A stretch of 64,000 nucleotides of DNA from Deltaproteobacteria bacterium RIFCSPHIGHO2_01_FULL_43_49 (GCA_001798075.1 MGRG01000005.1:1148-65147), one strand, 5' to 3'; positions 9,441 to 19,029 are shown, counted from the stretch's first letter. The notes: generated from the sequence alone by a model not told the origin. Numbers and translations are program-made.

Positions 9441-9913
9441 TCCTTTCTATAGGTAGCATAAGAATCAGACGTTTCCCAAAGGCGCACTTCTTCGACGGGA
9501 AAACCAAGTTTCACCGCTTCTTCAAAAATTTTCTTGGCAATATTTTCTGCCGTGGGGTTTTCTTGAAAAATATACAGGGGTTCGTTTCGCTCCTTGAGAT
9601 AGGAGATAACAGGATCTTTTTCATTCAAAAGCATCTTGTGGTCGAATTCTTTATCAATCCAAGACTTGATCGCCTGTTTGATATCGGAAAAATCGTATGC
9701 CATCCCTCTTTTGTCGAGCCCTTCGGTTGCAATATCAATTTCAACACGCCCATTGTGACCATGCAGATGGCGGCATTTCCCCTCATAGTTGAGAAGCCGA
9801 TGCCCGTAGCAAAAATCAATCACCTTTGTAACGACGTAGGGCTTGCCCTGAGCGGAGCCTGCCCTGAGCTTTGCCGAAGGGTCGAAGGGCCTAGGCATGT
9901 TTTTTTTCTCCAT
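9431..9913 (-). CDS. queD: 6-carboxy-5,6,7,8-tetrahydropterin synthase (PTPS/QueD family)
   Basis: GHRL..YEGKCRHLHGHN, DHKMLL, NPTAENIA, LWET; N-terminal repeat-derived insertion. Confidence 0.88.
   Translation of the reverse strand: MEKKNMPRPFDPSAKLRAGSAQGKPYVVTKVIDFCYGHRLLNYEGKCRHLHGHNGRVEIDIATEGLDKRGMAYDFSDIKQAIKSWIDKEFDHKMLLNEKDPVISYLKERNEPLYIFQENPTAENIAKKIFEEAVKLGFPVEEVRLWETSDSYATYRKDKF
9842..9889. repeat. Nested 24-nt + 24-nt palindromic repeat inside the queD 5' end
   Basis: CTTGCCCTGAGCGGAG[CCTGCCCTGAGCTTTGCCGAAGGG]TCGAAGGG encodes PFDPSAKLRAGSAQGK. Confidence 0.7.
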
Positions 9914-10532
9914 TTAGTGTTACAACACTTCCTGTAGCACAATCAGCCTCTATCAGAAAAACCGCTGCGTTGGCAACCTCCTGAAAATTTTGATCGGGAA
10001 TCCGACCGGGAGCAATCGCATTGACTTGAACGTAAGGAGCTAATTCTAAAGCCAATGCCTTTGTTAATGTCATCAAGCCACCCTTTGAAACCAAGTAAGA
10101 AGAATAATTTTTGTAAGGTTTCTCTATCGCAGCATCCGTAATATTAATGATTTTGCCTGTCTTAAGGGAAAACATGGAACGAGCGACCCTTTGAGAAAGC
10201 AAAAAGGGCGCCTTGAGGTTGATGTTCATGTGGCGATCCCAATTAGACTCAGTGACTTCCAAAAATGGGGTTTTTTCAAAAATGGAGGCATTGTTGATCA
10301 AAATTTGAATGGGGCCTAGTTTTTTCTCAACTTCATCCACCAATTTTTCAATTTCGGATGTCTTATTTAAATCGGCTTGAAAAATATTTGTGCCAGTGGC
10401 ACGAGCCTCTTTTTCAGAAGTATTATAATGAATGGCCACCTTGGCACCCCTTTCGGCCAAGGCCAAACTGATTGCCCTGCCAATCCTTACGGCCCCTCCC
10501 GTCACCAAAGCCACTTTTCCTTTGATTTCCAC
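9891..10532 (-). CDS. Pteridine reductase-like short-chain dehydrogenase (FolM/PTR1 family)
   Basis: TGGAVRIG, IHYNTS, INNAS, YLVSK, VNAIAPG; lies next to folB/queD. Confidence 0.8.
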   Translation of the reverse strand: MEIKGKVALVTGGAVRIGRAISLALAERGAKVAIHYNTSEKEARATGTNIFQADLNKTSEIEKLVDEVEKKLGPIQILINNASIFEKTPFLEVTESNWDRHMNINLKAPFLLSQRVARSMFSLKTGKIINITDAAIEKPYKNYSSYLVSKGGLMTLTKALALELAPYVQVNAIAPGRIPDQNFQEVANAAVFLIEADCATGSVVTLNGEKKHA

Positions 10533-10578
10533 AGGCGCAGAGGCTACGACAAGGCCTACAGGGGGTCAAGAAATTTCC

Positions 10579-11280
10579 ATGAAGATTGCAAAGTTTAATG
10601 GACAACCCGAGATTTATTATTCGATCCAGGGCGAAGGGAAAAATTCGGGGCGCCCAAGTGTTTTTGTCCGGCTCTCGCATTGCAACTTGAGCTGTATCTG
10701 GTGCGACACTCCATACACTTGGAACTGGGAAAAATTTAAAATGAGAGAAGAAATGATGGAGATGCCGGTTCAAGAAGTGGCTAGTGAAATTAAAAAATAT
10801 TCTTGCAAGCATGTTGTCTTAACCGGCGGAGAGCCCATGTTACAGCAAAAAGAATTAATAGAATTCATGCGGTTTCTGACAGGGAAAAATTATTTTTTTG
10901 AAGTTGAAACCAATGCGACATTGATCCCAACACCGGAATTCAATCTATTCGTTAACCAATACAATTGTTCTCCAAAATTGGCTAATTCTGAAAATTCTTT
11001 AAATCTTAGGGAAGAAAAAGGAGCGTTGGAATTTTTTTCAAAAAGTCCAAAGGCGTTTTTTAAATTTGTGATTGTTTTCCCCCAGGATCTTCAAGAGGTT
11101 TGCCAGCTCACAGATCGCTACAAAATCCCCAAAGAAAAAATCTACTTGATGTCAGAGGGGACTACTTCGGAAGAATTAAAAGAAAGGCAGCGATGGCTGG
11201 CAGGCCTATGTAAGGAAACAGGATTTCTGTTGACAGACCGCTTGCAGATTCATATTCATGGCCCGAAACGAGGGGTTTAA
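10579..11280 (+). CDS. queE: 7-carboxy-7-deazaguanine synthase (radical SAM)
   Basis: [40 protein letters not shown]; start moved to ATG 10579. Confidence 0.92.
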   Translation: MKIAKFNGQPEIYYSIQGEGKNSGRPSVFVRLSHCNLSCIWCDTPYTWNWEKFKMREEMMEMPVQEVASEIKKYSCKHVVLTGGEPMLQQKELIEFMRFLTGKNYFFEVETNATLIPTPEFNLFVNQYNCSPKLANSENSLNLREEKGALEFFSKSPKAFFKFVIVFPQDLQEVCQLTDRYKIPKEKIYLMSEGTTSEELKERQRWLAGLCKETGFLLTDRLQIHIHGPKRGV

Positions 11281-11827
11281 GTTTATGGAAAATCTTGTAA
11301 AAGGCATCTTGCTGGAAATGGGGGAAAATCCCAACCGCGAAGGTCTGCTCAAAACGCCGGAACGGGTCAAGCAGATGTATCAATACCTCACCAAGGGCTA
11401 TCAAGAAGATCCAAAAAAACTAATCAATGACGCTATCTATGAACAAAAATATGATGAGATGATTTTGGTCAAAGATATTGAAGTCTACAGCCTGTGCGAA
11501 CATCATATGTTACCTTTTTTTGGGAAAGCGCATGTGGCCTATATCCCCAACGGAAAAATTATTGGATTGAGCAAAGTCCCCAGGCTAGTTGACATGTTTG
11601 CCAGACGCTTGCAGGTTCAAGAAAGACTCACGGTCGAAATTGCGCAAGTCATTAATGAAAATCTTCGTCCCAAAGGAGTGGCCGTGGTGATTGAAGCACA
11701 ACATCTGTGTATGCAGATGCGTGGCGTTGAAAAACAAAACTCAGTTGCAGTCACTTCCGAAATGCTCGGCTGTTTTCGAACGGACTCCAAAACGAGAGAA
11801 GAATTTATGGATTTGATTAGGCGCTAA
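11258..11827 (+). CDS. folE: GTP cyclohydrolase I
   Basis: [44 protein letters not shown]. Confidence 0.96.
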   Translation: MARNEGFKFMENLVKGILLEMGENPNREGLLKTPERVKQMYQYLTKGYQEDPKKLINDAIYEQKYDEMILVKDIEVYSLCEHHMLPFFGKAHVAYIPNGKIIGLSKVPRLVDMFARRLQVQERLTVEIAQVINENLRPKGVAVVIEAQHLCMQMRGVEKQNSVAVTSEMLGCFRTDSKTREEFMDLIRR

Positions 11828-11829
11828 TT

Positions 11830-12774
11830 TCAGAAAATTCCTTTTTTACATAAAATGCCGAAAGCATTATCTTTAGTTTTAGCCAGATGAACTATTTCGA
11901 GACCGTTTTTGTTAAAAATCCTCTCAACAACCTTTTCATTGCTTGGTTTGAATGATTTTAGAAGAATTACTGTATCGCCATCGGCGAGCTTATAGGAAAC
12001 AATGATTTGCTGGAGATTGTCATCGTAATAAGTTGGAAGAAACTGACCGAAATCATTTTTGACGGCGCCCACAGATTTTGCATATTTTATTCCATGAATC
12101 AAAAATTCACGAACTGTTGTTTTATCATATTCCAAGCAGATTGATTGTACATCGTTCGTAGCCACGCCATCTATTGAAAAAACGGCGTAGTCACTTTTTC
12201 CTAAAGCATCCGATATATATTTTAAAACATTGTGATTTGAGAAGAGCGTTCCTTCACCACTTGCTGCAATAATATTGATGGCTCTGTGGTGTGAACTAAT
12301 TTTATTACAAACATGTTTGATATTTCCTTTCAATTCTAAATCCGTTTGAAAAAATAGCGAATAGGTTACTTTCTTTGAAAGATACTCAGAGTAATTTTTC
12401 CTAAGAATTTCAAGAAGCTCTTTACTTATATCTACTCCAATATAAGTATCTTTCTTCTTCAATTTGAACATTGCAGTGAATACCGGTATTTCAATCCCAT
12501 TGCCACTTCCAAGATGGATAAAATTAATCGGTTCATTGTCGAAATCAATTGATTGATTAAGATAGGCGGAAATTTCTTTAAGGGCGTTGATTTCACGATT
12601 ACCAACCAAAAAATCAGTATTTTGCCTCATTGTATCCCATGCTTGAGCGCCTTTTTCCAAATAAGCGAATTTAAGCAGTGATTGGCACTCATTTATTATT
12701 TTGGAAATGATGTTTTTAATTTCCTTCTTATTAGGAATAGTGCCGACAATTTCGATTTGAGGGGTGCTGATCAT
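11830..12774 (-). CDS. SAM-dependent methyltransferase, EgtD/histidine N-methyltransferase-like
   Basis: LKFAY..KGA.AW, HLGSGNG, YIGVDISKELL; noticeably AT-rich. Confidence 0.55.
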   Translation of the reverse strand: MISTPQIEIVGTIPNKKEIKNIISKIINECQSLLKFAYLEKGAQAWDTMRQNTDFLVGNREINALKEISAYLNQSIDFDNEPINFIHLGSGNGIEIPVFTAMFKLKKKDTYIGVDISKELLEILRKNYSEYLSKKVTYSLFFQTDLELKGNIKHVCNKISSHHRAINIIAASGEGTLFSNHNVLKYISDALGKSDYAVFSIDGVATNDVQSICLEYDKTTVREFLIHGIKYAKSVGAVKNDFGQFLPTYYDDNLQQIIVSYKLADGDTVILLKSFKPSNEKVVERIFNKNGLEIVHLAKTKDNAFGILCKKGIF

Positions 12775-12938
12775 ATGCTGAATAACATTAGTATAAAGAC
12801 CTTCTCAATTCCAAACCAAAAAGTAATGGCATCATTTTAACAAGCCCTAATTCTTATTCCACCCGCTTCAAATCCGTCTGTCCCTGCCCAATATCCGTCA
12901 TCTTCTAGGTCTGATCTGCAATATAACATTAAAAGGGA

Positions 12939-12954
12939 TGGCATAAGCTTTGCT
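12939..12954 (+). promoter_or_regulatory. Putative sigma54 promoter
   Basis: TGGCATAAGCTTTGCT (GG-N10-GC) about 65 nt upstream of the BrnT-like ATG. Confidence 0.5.
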
Positions 12955-13017
12955 ATAGTGAAGAATGGGAGTTTTGAAAAAAACATTGCACTTTCATATC
13001 ATTTTAATATAATATTT

Positions 13018-13293
13018 ATGTACATTTGGGATGAGAGGAAAAGCCAGCAAAATAAACAAAAACATGGTATTTCCTTTGAAGAAGCAAAAGAGTTTATTTT
13101 CGAACAAAGAAATGTTCTCGCTGTTGATGTGGCCTATGACAAGGGTGAACCGAGACATGCAGTGATTGGAAAATACCAGGGCAAGTATTACGTTGGGATC
13201 TTCACCCTCACAAAGAATGGTGAGATCCGAATCATTTCAGTACGGAGAGCGCGAAATGAAGAAACAAAACAGGCAAAAGAAAAAGGGCTTTGA
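13018..13293 (+). CDS. BrnT-family toxin
   Basis: WDERK...N..KHGISFEEA, GEPR..IG, RIISVRRA...E. Confidence 0.9.
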   Translation: MYIWDERKSQQNKQKHGISFEEAKEFIFEQRNVLAVDVAYDKGEPRHAVIGKYQGKYYVGIFTLTKNGEIRIISVRRARNEETKQAKEKGL

Positions 13294-13507
13294 CAAAACC
13301 TTTGATAAAGGTGAGGCGGCTGTTGATTTTTCTGAAGGTGCCTTGACAGAGGGCTTGAGCAAAGTTGTTAAACTCCCGCCCATGACCATTCCTTCCTGGC
13401 TGGCTCTAGAAATTGAAAAAATCTCTAAGACCCAAGCTAATTCGAGAGCTGCTGTGATTCGTCAACTGTTGGTAGAGGCGATCCGAGCCAAAAAACATGC
13501 AGCTTAA
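13256..13507 (+). CDS. Antitoxin, BrnA/CopG-like ribbon-helix-helix
   Basis: Overlaps the toxin 3' end; FDKTFD.GE...DFS and C-terminal IP.W...EI......SRAAVIR. Confidence 0.75.
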   Translation: MKKQNRQKKKGFDKTFDKGEAAVDFSEGALTEGLSKVVKLPPMTIPSWLALEIEKISKTQANSRAAVIRQLLVEAIRAKKHAA

Positions 13508-13518
13508 AAGGAGGTTTT

Positions 13519-13989
13519 ATGGCAAATAAAGAAATTATGGAAGGAGATGCAGCACCCGATTTTAAATTACCCGCGAATAATGGGGGAGAGGTCAGCCTAA
13601 CTAGTCTTAAAGGGAAATGGGTCGTTCTTTATTTTTATCCAAAAGACGATACCCCTGGCTGTACAAGAGAGGCTTGTAATTTCCGCGACACCAAAACAAA
13701 ATGGACCAAAAAAGGAGCAGTGGTTTTAGGGGTCAGTAAAGACAATGCTGCCTCTCACCAAAAATTCATCGATAAATATAATCTCAATTTTCTTTTACTC
13801 TCCGACATCGATGGGAAAGTGATCGAAAAATATGGGGCCTTCAAAAAGAAAAGCATGTTCGGAAAAACATTTTTAGGAATTAACCGCTCTACTTTTTTAA
13901 TCAACCCCGAAGGAAAAATCCAAAAAATTTGGCGCAGCGTCAAAGTCGACGGGCATGAAGAAGAGGTGTTAAAGGAAATTGGCGGTTGA
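13519..13989 (+). CDS. bcp: Thioredoxin-dependent peroxiredoxin (BCP/PrxQ)
   Basis: LYFYPKDDTPGCTREAC, RSTFLI. Confidence 0.95.
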   Translation: MANKEIMEGDAAPDFKLPANNGGEVSLTSLKGKWVVLYFYPKDDTPGCTREACNFRDTKTKWTKKGAVVLGVSKDNAASHQKFIDKYNLNFLLLSDIDGKVIEKYGAFKKKSMFGKTFLGINRSTFLINPEGKIQKIWRSVKVDGHEEEVLKEIGG

Positions 13990-14997
13990 GTTTCCTATCC
14001 GTACTTCCTTAAGACTTAAAGAGGCATAACGAATATAACCTAGTGCAATAGGACTGCTGAATTTCGGTGAAAAGCAGCTTGAAGTGACGGTCCCAATTTC
14101 TTGGCCATCTTCTGAAAAAATCTTTTCTCCCCTTTGTGGGATTTTATCACCTTCCAATTTCAATGATCTTAACTGTTTTCCAACATGTCCTCGGTGCTCC
14201 AACCTTGCAATCACCTCTTGACCCACATAACAACCTTTGTTGAAGCTCAGCGCCGTATAGAGATTAGCTTCCTGCGGAATCGTATTTTCATCCATATCAA
14301 CACCAAACAAGGGCGTGGCCGATTCGATGCGAAGGACTTCTTGGGTTTCTGGATCCAACTCTGGAACGTTCAGTTTTGATTTTAAACTGGGTAGTTGATC
14401 ACGAGCCACCCACATTTCAAACGCCGGCAAACCCCACATTGTTTTTCGAATCATCCAAATTTTAAACCCCTCCCACTCCACGAAATCGTAATCATAATTT
14501 GCACGGAGAGAAAGAGTCGGGTCCTGCCCCTCCGTGTTGCCATGGGGGCCCCTAACAAAACCCCATGGCCAACACTGCGGGTCACCCAACCCTTTCTCTC
14601 CATTCACTTTGGGTCCAATCACCGCACAAGTCCCCCATTTGTCTGTCTGATCAAACAATTCCACTTTTTGAAAAATGATATATTTTTTGAGCGTTTCTAA
14701 AAGAGTCAGTTTGAGTTTCGAGCTACAATCAATCCCAAAATAGTTTTCGCTGCGCCCGCCAGGTTGTAGTGGAGGGCAGTTATAACAAAATAAGTCGGCA
14801 ATCATTTTCCCTTTGGGTGTGCAAAGACAGGAGTAGCAACCTGTTTTGGGCTGGAGAGTCTGAATATTGTTGGTGAGAATGCCGTTTAAAAATTTTTTAG
14901 AATCGCCCCCCTTCACTTCAACCCAACAACGATCAGATAGATCCACAAGACCCATATTTTGTGTAACTTGATTGTATATTTCTGAATGCATGTTCAA
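13969..14997 (-). CDS. ygfZ: Folate-binding Fe-S repair protein YgfZ (GcvT family)
   Basis: KGCYVGQE signature; carries an in-frame palindromic insertion. Confidence 0.9.
   Translation of the reverse strand: MNMHSEIYNQVTQNMGLVDLSDRCWVEVKGGDSKKFLNGILTNNIQTLQPKTGCYSCLCTPKGKMIADLFCYNCPPLQPGGRSENYFGIDCSSKLKLTLLETLKKYIIFQKVELFDQTDKWGTCAVIGPKVNGEKGLGDPQCWPWGFVRGPHGNTEGQDPTLSLRANYDYDFVEWEGFKIWMIRKTMWGLPAFEMWVARDQLPSLKSKLNVPELDPETQEVLRIESATPLFGVDMDENTIPQEANLYTALSFNKGCYVGQEVIARLEHRGHVGKQLRSLKLEGDKIPQRGEKIFSEDGQEIGTVTSSCFSPKFSSPIALGYIRYASLSLKEVRIGNSTANFL
14505..14601. repeat. Palindromic element family A, copy 2, in frame within ygfZ
   Basis: TIRs GGAGAGAAAGAGTCGGGT / ACCCAACCCTTTCTCTCC; encodes GEKGLGDPQCWPWGFVRGPHGNTEGQDPTLSL. 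Confidence 0.85.
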
Positions 14998-15005
14998 AAA
15001 AAATT

Positions 15006-15094
15006 AAAAAGTGGCGGGTGGCCCGGAGTGTTTGTTGTGGGGTTTAGTTAGGGGCCCCCACAAAAACACGGAGGGACAGGACCCGTTACTTTTT
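15006..15094. repeat. Palindromic element family A, copy 3 (intergenic)
   Basis: Nearly identical to 8853..8939. Confidence 0.85.
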
Positions 15095-15148
15095 ACTCCA
15101 CTCATATCCTTGTTTTCTACACTGTTTTCCGTTAAATCGTCAACGTTC

Positions 15149-16315
15149 ATGAATCCCTATCTTTCTTTGCGTCTCTTCTATCTTTTTTATTTCGCTATCA
15201 TCGGTGTGTTGACTCCTTACTTTCCAGTTTTTCTAAAAGAACAGGGTTTAAGAGCATCACAAATTGGTCTTGTGATGGCGGCTTGGCCGGTTGCTAAACT
15301 GGTCGGCCCCATTTTTATGTCCAACCTTGCTGATCGTCTTAACAAACGGCTCTTCTTTATCCAAATGGGAGCCCTTTTTTGTGCCATAACCTATCTCGGT
15401 TTTTTTAAAGCCAGTGGTGTTTGGAGTTTTTTGTTGGTCATGTTTATTTTTTCCTTTTTTCGAATGAATATTTTGCCCTTGGGAGAAGCTATCGCCATGG
15501 AATATTGTGAGCATCATCAAAAAGAATATGGAAAGATCCGCTATTGGGGTTCTGTCGGTTTTATCGCCGCCTCATTTTTATTCGGCTGGTTGATTGATTA
15601 TTTTTCGATTCACATCGTTCTTTGGGGAATGTTGGTAATTGCCATCTTGCAATGGACATCCACTTTTTCTCTTCCCCCCACTCACAACCCCGCACAAAAA
15701 AAAGAGTACAGCTTGAAACCTTTTTGGAACAAAGCGATCATCGGATTCTTGATCAATAGCGTTTTTCGAGTCGTTTCGTTTGGGATCTACTACACTTTTT
15801 TTAGCATCTGGATGCACTCCCGCGGATATTCTTCCAGTGTGATTGGGTTTTGCTGGGCCATAGCGGTGCTAAGCGAGGTTTTTGTCATGATCTGGTTTAC
15901 CCAGCTGACAAAACGTTTTAGTTTGAAAGAAATCATGGGATGGAGTTTGGTCCTCACAGTTTTGCGCTGGTTAATTTTGGGATCAACCGCTTGGCTTCCC
16001 GCCATTTTGTTTTCGCAACTGTTACATGCCTTCACTTTTGGGGCTTATCATTTGGCGGCGATTTCTTATATGTATCAGCACACCCCTTCGCATTTACGCT
16101 CCACCGGTCAGGCTATCTATACCAGTGTTAGTTTTGGACTGGGGAGTGCCATTGGTTTTTGGGGACTCTCTTATTTAAAAGAATATTTTAGTTTTGAAAC
16201 GATGTTTTTGATTTGCGCAGGCATTGCGGCACTGGGTCTTCCTTTTACAAAATGGTTCAAAGAGCAGAAAGGGATGCCCTCCCCCATCGTCGGGATGGCT
16301 GCTGATCAGACTTAA
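15149..16315 (+). CDS. MFS transporter (HcaT / MFS_1_like)
   Basis: About 12 TM; FYLFYFA..G...PY.PV.L, YGKIRYWGSVGF, SQLLHAFTFG; start moved to ATG 15149. Confidence 0.88.
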   Translation: MNPYLSLRLFYLFYFAIIGVLTPYFPVFLKEQGLRASQIGLVMAAWPVAKLVGPIFMSNLADRLNKRLFFIQMGALFCAITYLGFFKASGVWSFLLVMFIFSFFRMNILPLGEAIAMEYCEHHQKEYGKIRYWGSVGFIAASFLFGWLIDYFSIHIVLWGMLVIAILQWTSTFSLPPTHNPAQKKEYSLKPFWNKAIIGFLINSVFRVVSFGIYYTFFSIWMHSRGYSSSVIGFCWAIAVLSEVFVMIWFTQLTKRFSLKEIMGWSLVLTVLRWLILGSTAWLPAILFSQLLHAFTFGAYHLAAISYMYQHTPSHLRSTGQAIYTSVSFGLGSAIGFWGLSYLKEYFSFETMFLICAGIAALGLPFTKWFKEQKGMPSPIVGMAADQT

Positions 16316-16342
16316 AAGGACCCGCAACTTTTTTATCATCTT

Positions 16343-16645
16343 TTAAAAAGTTCTTAAGCGCTCGACCGGTTTTCCTGTCATCAGGTGAGATTCTATAATT
16401 TCGTGGACATCTTCGAGAGTGACTTTGCCATACCAAACCCCTTCGGGATAAACCACCATCGAGACTCCCTTGGAACATTGATCAAGGCACCCCGCTTTGT
16501 TGACACGGATTTTTCCAGCCAAACCTCTCTTTTTGATTTCTTCCTTCATCGCATCCACAATGGCCTCCGAGCCTTTGGCCGCACAACATTCTTTGCCAGG
16601 ATCGCGTTTGTTGATGCAAATGAAGATATGTTTTTCAAATCGCAT
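16343..16645 (-). CDS. Thioredoxin-like [2Fe-2S] ferredoxin
   Basis: HIFIC.N.R...CC..KG, RVNKAGCLDQC, VVYPEGVWY. Confidence 0.92.
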   Translation of the reverse strand: MRFEKHIFICINKRDPGKECCAAKGSEAIVDAMKEEIKKRGLAGKIRVNKAGCLDQCSKGVSMVVYPEGVWYGKVTLEDVHEIIESHLMTGKPVERLRTF

Positions 16646-16687
16646 GTAACATAGTTAGCATCAGCTTTAGCAGACGTCAACAAAGGG

Positions 16688-16915
16688 AAAATCACCAATA
16701 ACCAAAATCCAAGTTCCAGATAAATTCCAATTACCAAACACCGGTAACCAAACATTGTTTCATTAATTGGTTATTGGGCATTGGTTATTGTTTGGTGTTT
16801 GAAATTTGGTGATTGGTTATTTGGCTTCTTTTACTTTTAAGATTCAGTTTCTTTCATTATTGGTAATTGATTATTGGTGATTATTTGGTTATTGGTAGTT
16901 GGTGATTGGTAATTA
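16688..16915. repeat. Degenerate heptamer arrays (ACCAAAT-like / TTGGTTA-like) in inverted arrangement
   Basis: caccaat/aaccaaa/taccaaa units then many ttggtta/ttggtga units upstream of glpK. Confidence 0.7.
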
Positions 16916-16919
16916 AACG

Positions 16920-18386
16920 ATGAGTCAATATATTTTATCGATCGATCAAGGCACTACAAGTACTCGAACCTTTCTTATCGATCACGATTTAAATGTCAAA
17001 GGAACTGCTCAGAAAGAATTCAAACAGCATTACCCAAAACCGGGTTGGGTAGAGCACAACCCTGAAGAAATTTGGGCCTCAACGCTTCAAACGATCAAAG
17101 AGGCATTGGCAAAGTCTAAAGTCGATCCAAAAAATATTGCAGGCATTGGCATTACCAATCAGCGCGAGACGACTATTCTATGGGACCGCAAAACGGGAAA
17201 GCCAGTTTATAACGCTATTGTCTGGCAAGATCGCCGCACATCGGAGCGTTGCCGCGAGTTAAAAGAAAAAAATCTGGAAGGGATAGTTCGTGAAAAAACA
17301 GGTTTGGTTTTGGATCCTTATTTTTCGGGGACCAAAATTGAGTGGCTCTTGAAAAATACTCAAGCAACGGGTGATTTAGCTTTTGGAACCATCGATACTT
17401 TTCTTCTCTGGCGCTTAACTGGAGGAAAAGTTCACGCAACGGATGCCACAAATGCCAGCCGCACACTCTTGATGAATCTCAAAACTTTAAACTGGGATCC
17501 GGAAATTTTGGAACTCTTTAAAATTTCTTCCAGTCTTTTGCCAAAAATTGATTCGTGCTCTGAAATTTATGGAACGACAAAAGGTCTTGAAGTACTGCCT
17601 GACGGAATCCCCATTGCCGGCATGGCAGGCGATCAGCAAGCAGCCTTGATTGGCCAGGCTTGTTTTGAAACAGGGGAGGCCAAGTGCACTTATGGAACCG
17701 GTTCTTTTATTTTGATGAACATTGGGAAAGAACCGAGGCCTTCTCATCATGGCTTGATCACGACACTGGCTTACAAAATAAAAGATAATGTGGCTTATGC
17801 TTTCGAGGGCTCTGCTTTTATTGCCGGCGCCGCTGTTCAATGGCTCAGAGATGGCCTAAAAATTATTCAAAAATCCTCGGATGTTGAAGAATTAGCTTCA
17901 CAGGTTCCAGATAGCGGTGGCGTTGTTTTTGTACCAGCATTGGTTGGACTTGGTGCGCCTCATTGGAAGCCAGAAGCAAGAGGAGTCATTACAGGAATTG
18001 ATCGTTCAACAACGGCCGCCCACATTGCCAGGGCAACTCTGGAAGGAATTGCTTTTTGCCAATCAGACATTTTACAAGCGATGACCAGCGATGTTGGAAA
18101 ATCACTCACTGTTTTAAAAGTGGATGGCGGAGCTTCAGCAAATAATTTATTGATGCAGTTTCAATCGGATATTTTGCAAGTTCCAATTTCCAGACCCAAG
18201 ATGTTAGAAACAACCGTTTTGGGAGCCGCATTTTTAGCAGGGCTGGCGGTTGGACTCTGGAAAGATTTGAATGATATTAAGAAAAGTTGGAAGGAAGATA
18301 AGAAATTTTCCCCGCAAATTTCAAAAGAAAAAGCTCAGGAAAAAATCAAGTTGTGGCAAATGGCTATTTCACACCTTCGGGATTAA
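16920..18386 (+). CDS. glpK: Glycerol kinase
   Basis: IDQGTTS, GITNQRET, VWQDRRT, DPYFSGTK, GDQQAA, KCTYGTG, VDGG. Confidence 0.97.
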   Translation: MSQYILSIDQGTTSTRTFLIDHDLNVKGTAQKEFKQHYPKPGWVEHNPEEIWASTLQTIKEALAKSKVDPKNIAGIGITNQRETTILWDRKTGKPVYNAIVWQDRRTSERCRELKEKNLEGIVREKTGLVLDPYFSGTKIEWLLKNTQATGDLAFGTIDTFLLWRLTGGKVHATDATNASRTLLMNLKTLNWDPEILELFKISSSLLPKIDSCSEIYGTTKGLEVLPDGIPIAGMAGDQQAALIGQACFETGEAKCTYGTGSFILMNIGKEPRPSHHGLITTLAYKIKDNVAYAFEGSAFIAGAAVQWLRDGLKIIQKSSDVEELASQVPDSGGVVFVPALVGLGAPHWKPEARGVITGIDRSTTAAHIARATLEGIAFCQSDILQAMTSDVGKSLTVLKVDGGASANNLLMQFQSDILQVPISRPKMLETTVLGAAFLAGLAVGLWKDLNDIKKSWKEDKKFSPQISKEKAQEKIKLWQMAISHLRD

Positions 18387-18933
18387 ACCTGGCTAGCAAA
18401 CGATAATAAAGCCATGTCAAAGCACGATTCCTTCTGGCAGCATTTTTTATTCTCGAGATGTCGTCTTCTCTAAAAAGATCTGGTTGGTTTGTATTAAGGG
18501 CTCGTAAAACAACTGCCGATTGACCACAGCCTTTTTCGGCCATGATTAACAAACGCTCAAAATCGCCTCGTTCAAGCGTTTGTCCTCTTTCAACTGCCCG
18601 CACCAATTGAAAACCAGCTTTTCTGTCGCCTTCTCCCATTTTTGAAATGATCTCTTTCACATCAATAGGTTCTCGCTTCACGGCATCTTTTGGGGCAATC
18701 TCTGTAGCCCTTCCTCCACGAACAATAGCAGAGATCTGGGCAAAGATTTCATTTTTACTCAGACCTGCAGGGTTCCTAGCAGTAAGTTCTTCCGTAAAAT
18801 GAACAACTCTTGAAGCATCGCCTAAAGTGAAAGGCCCTTCGGCTTCTTGCGCAGCAGCAATTCCTAAGAGGATGGCCTCTTCTAAAGGACTAACAGAGAC
18901 AGCGACTGAACCAGCTACAGTTAGTGGTGGCAT
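18364..18933 (-). CDS. Hypothetical protein
   Basis: 189-aa ORF with AGGAG RBS; no motif recognised. Confidence 0.6.
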   Translation of the reverse strand: MPPLTVAGSVAVSVSPLEEAILLGIAAAQEAEGPFTLGDASRVVHFTEELTARNPAGLSKNEIFAQISAIVRGGRATEIAPKDAVKREPIDVKEIISKMGEGDRKAGFQLVRAVERGQTLERGDFERLLIMAEKGCGQSAVVLRALNTNQPDLFREDDISRIKNAARRNRALTWLYYRLLARFNPEGVK

Positions 18934-19029
18934 TTCAATTTCTCCTTTTCATTTTTTAGAAAGCGAGCCGCATAATCCATACATATTTTTTCAAGTCAAG
19001 GTGTTTTGCGTCACGCTTCTACTATAGTT

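Noticed and set aside
10432-10578. N-terminal extension of queE (similarly for AKR, MFS, BrnT, ccmG, cyt c 38370 and USP)
   Set aside because: Extensions overlap neighbouring genes or repeats; downstream starts fit family N-termini
9431-11827. Phage- or dpd-type 7-deazaguanine DNA modification island
   Set aside because: No dpdA/tgt-like gene, queC or phage genes in the window
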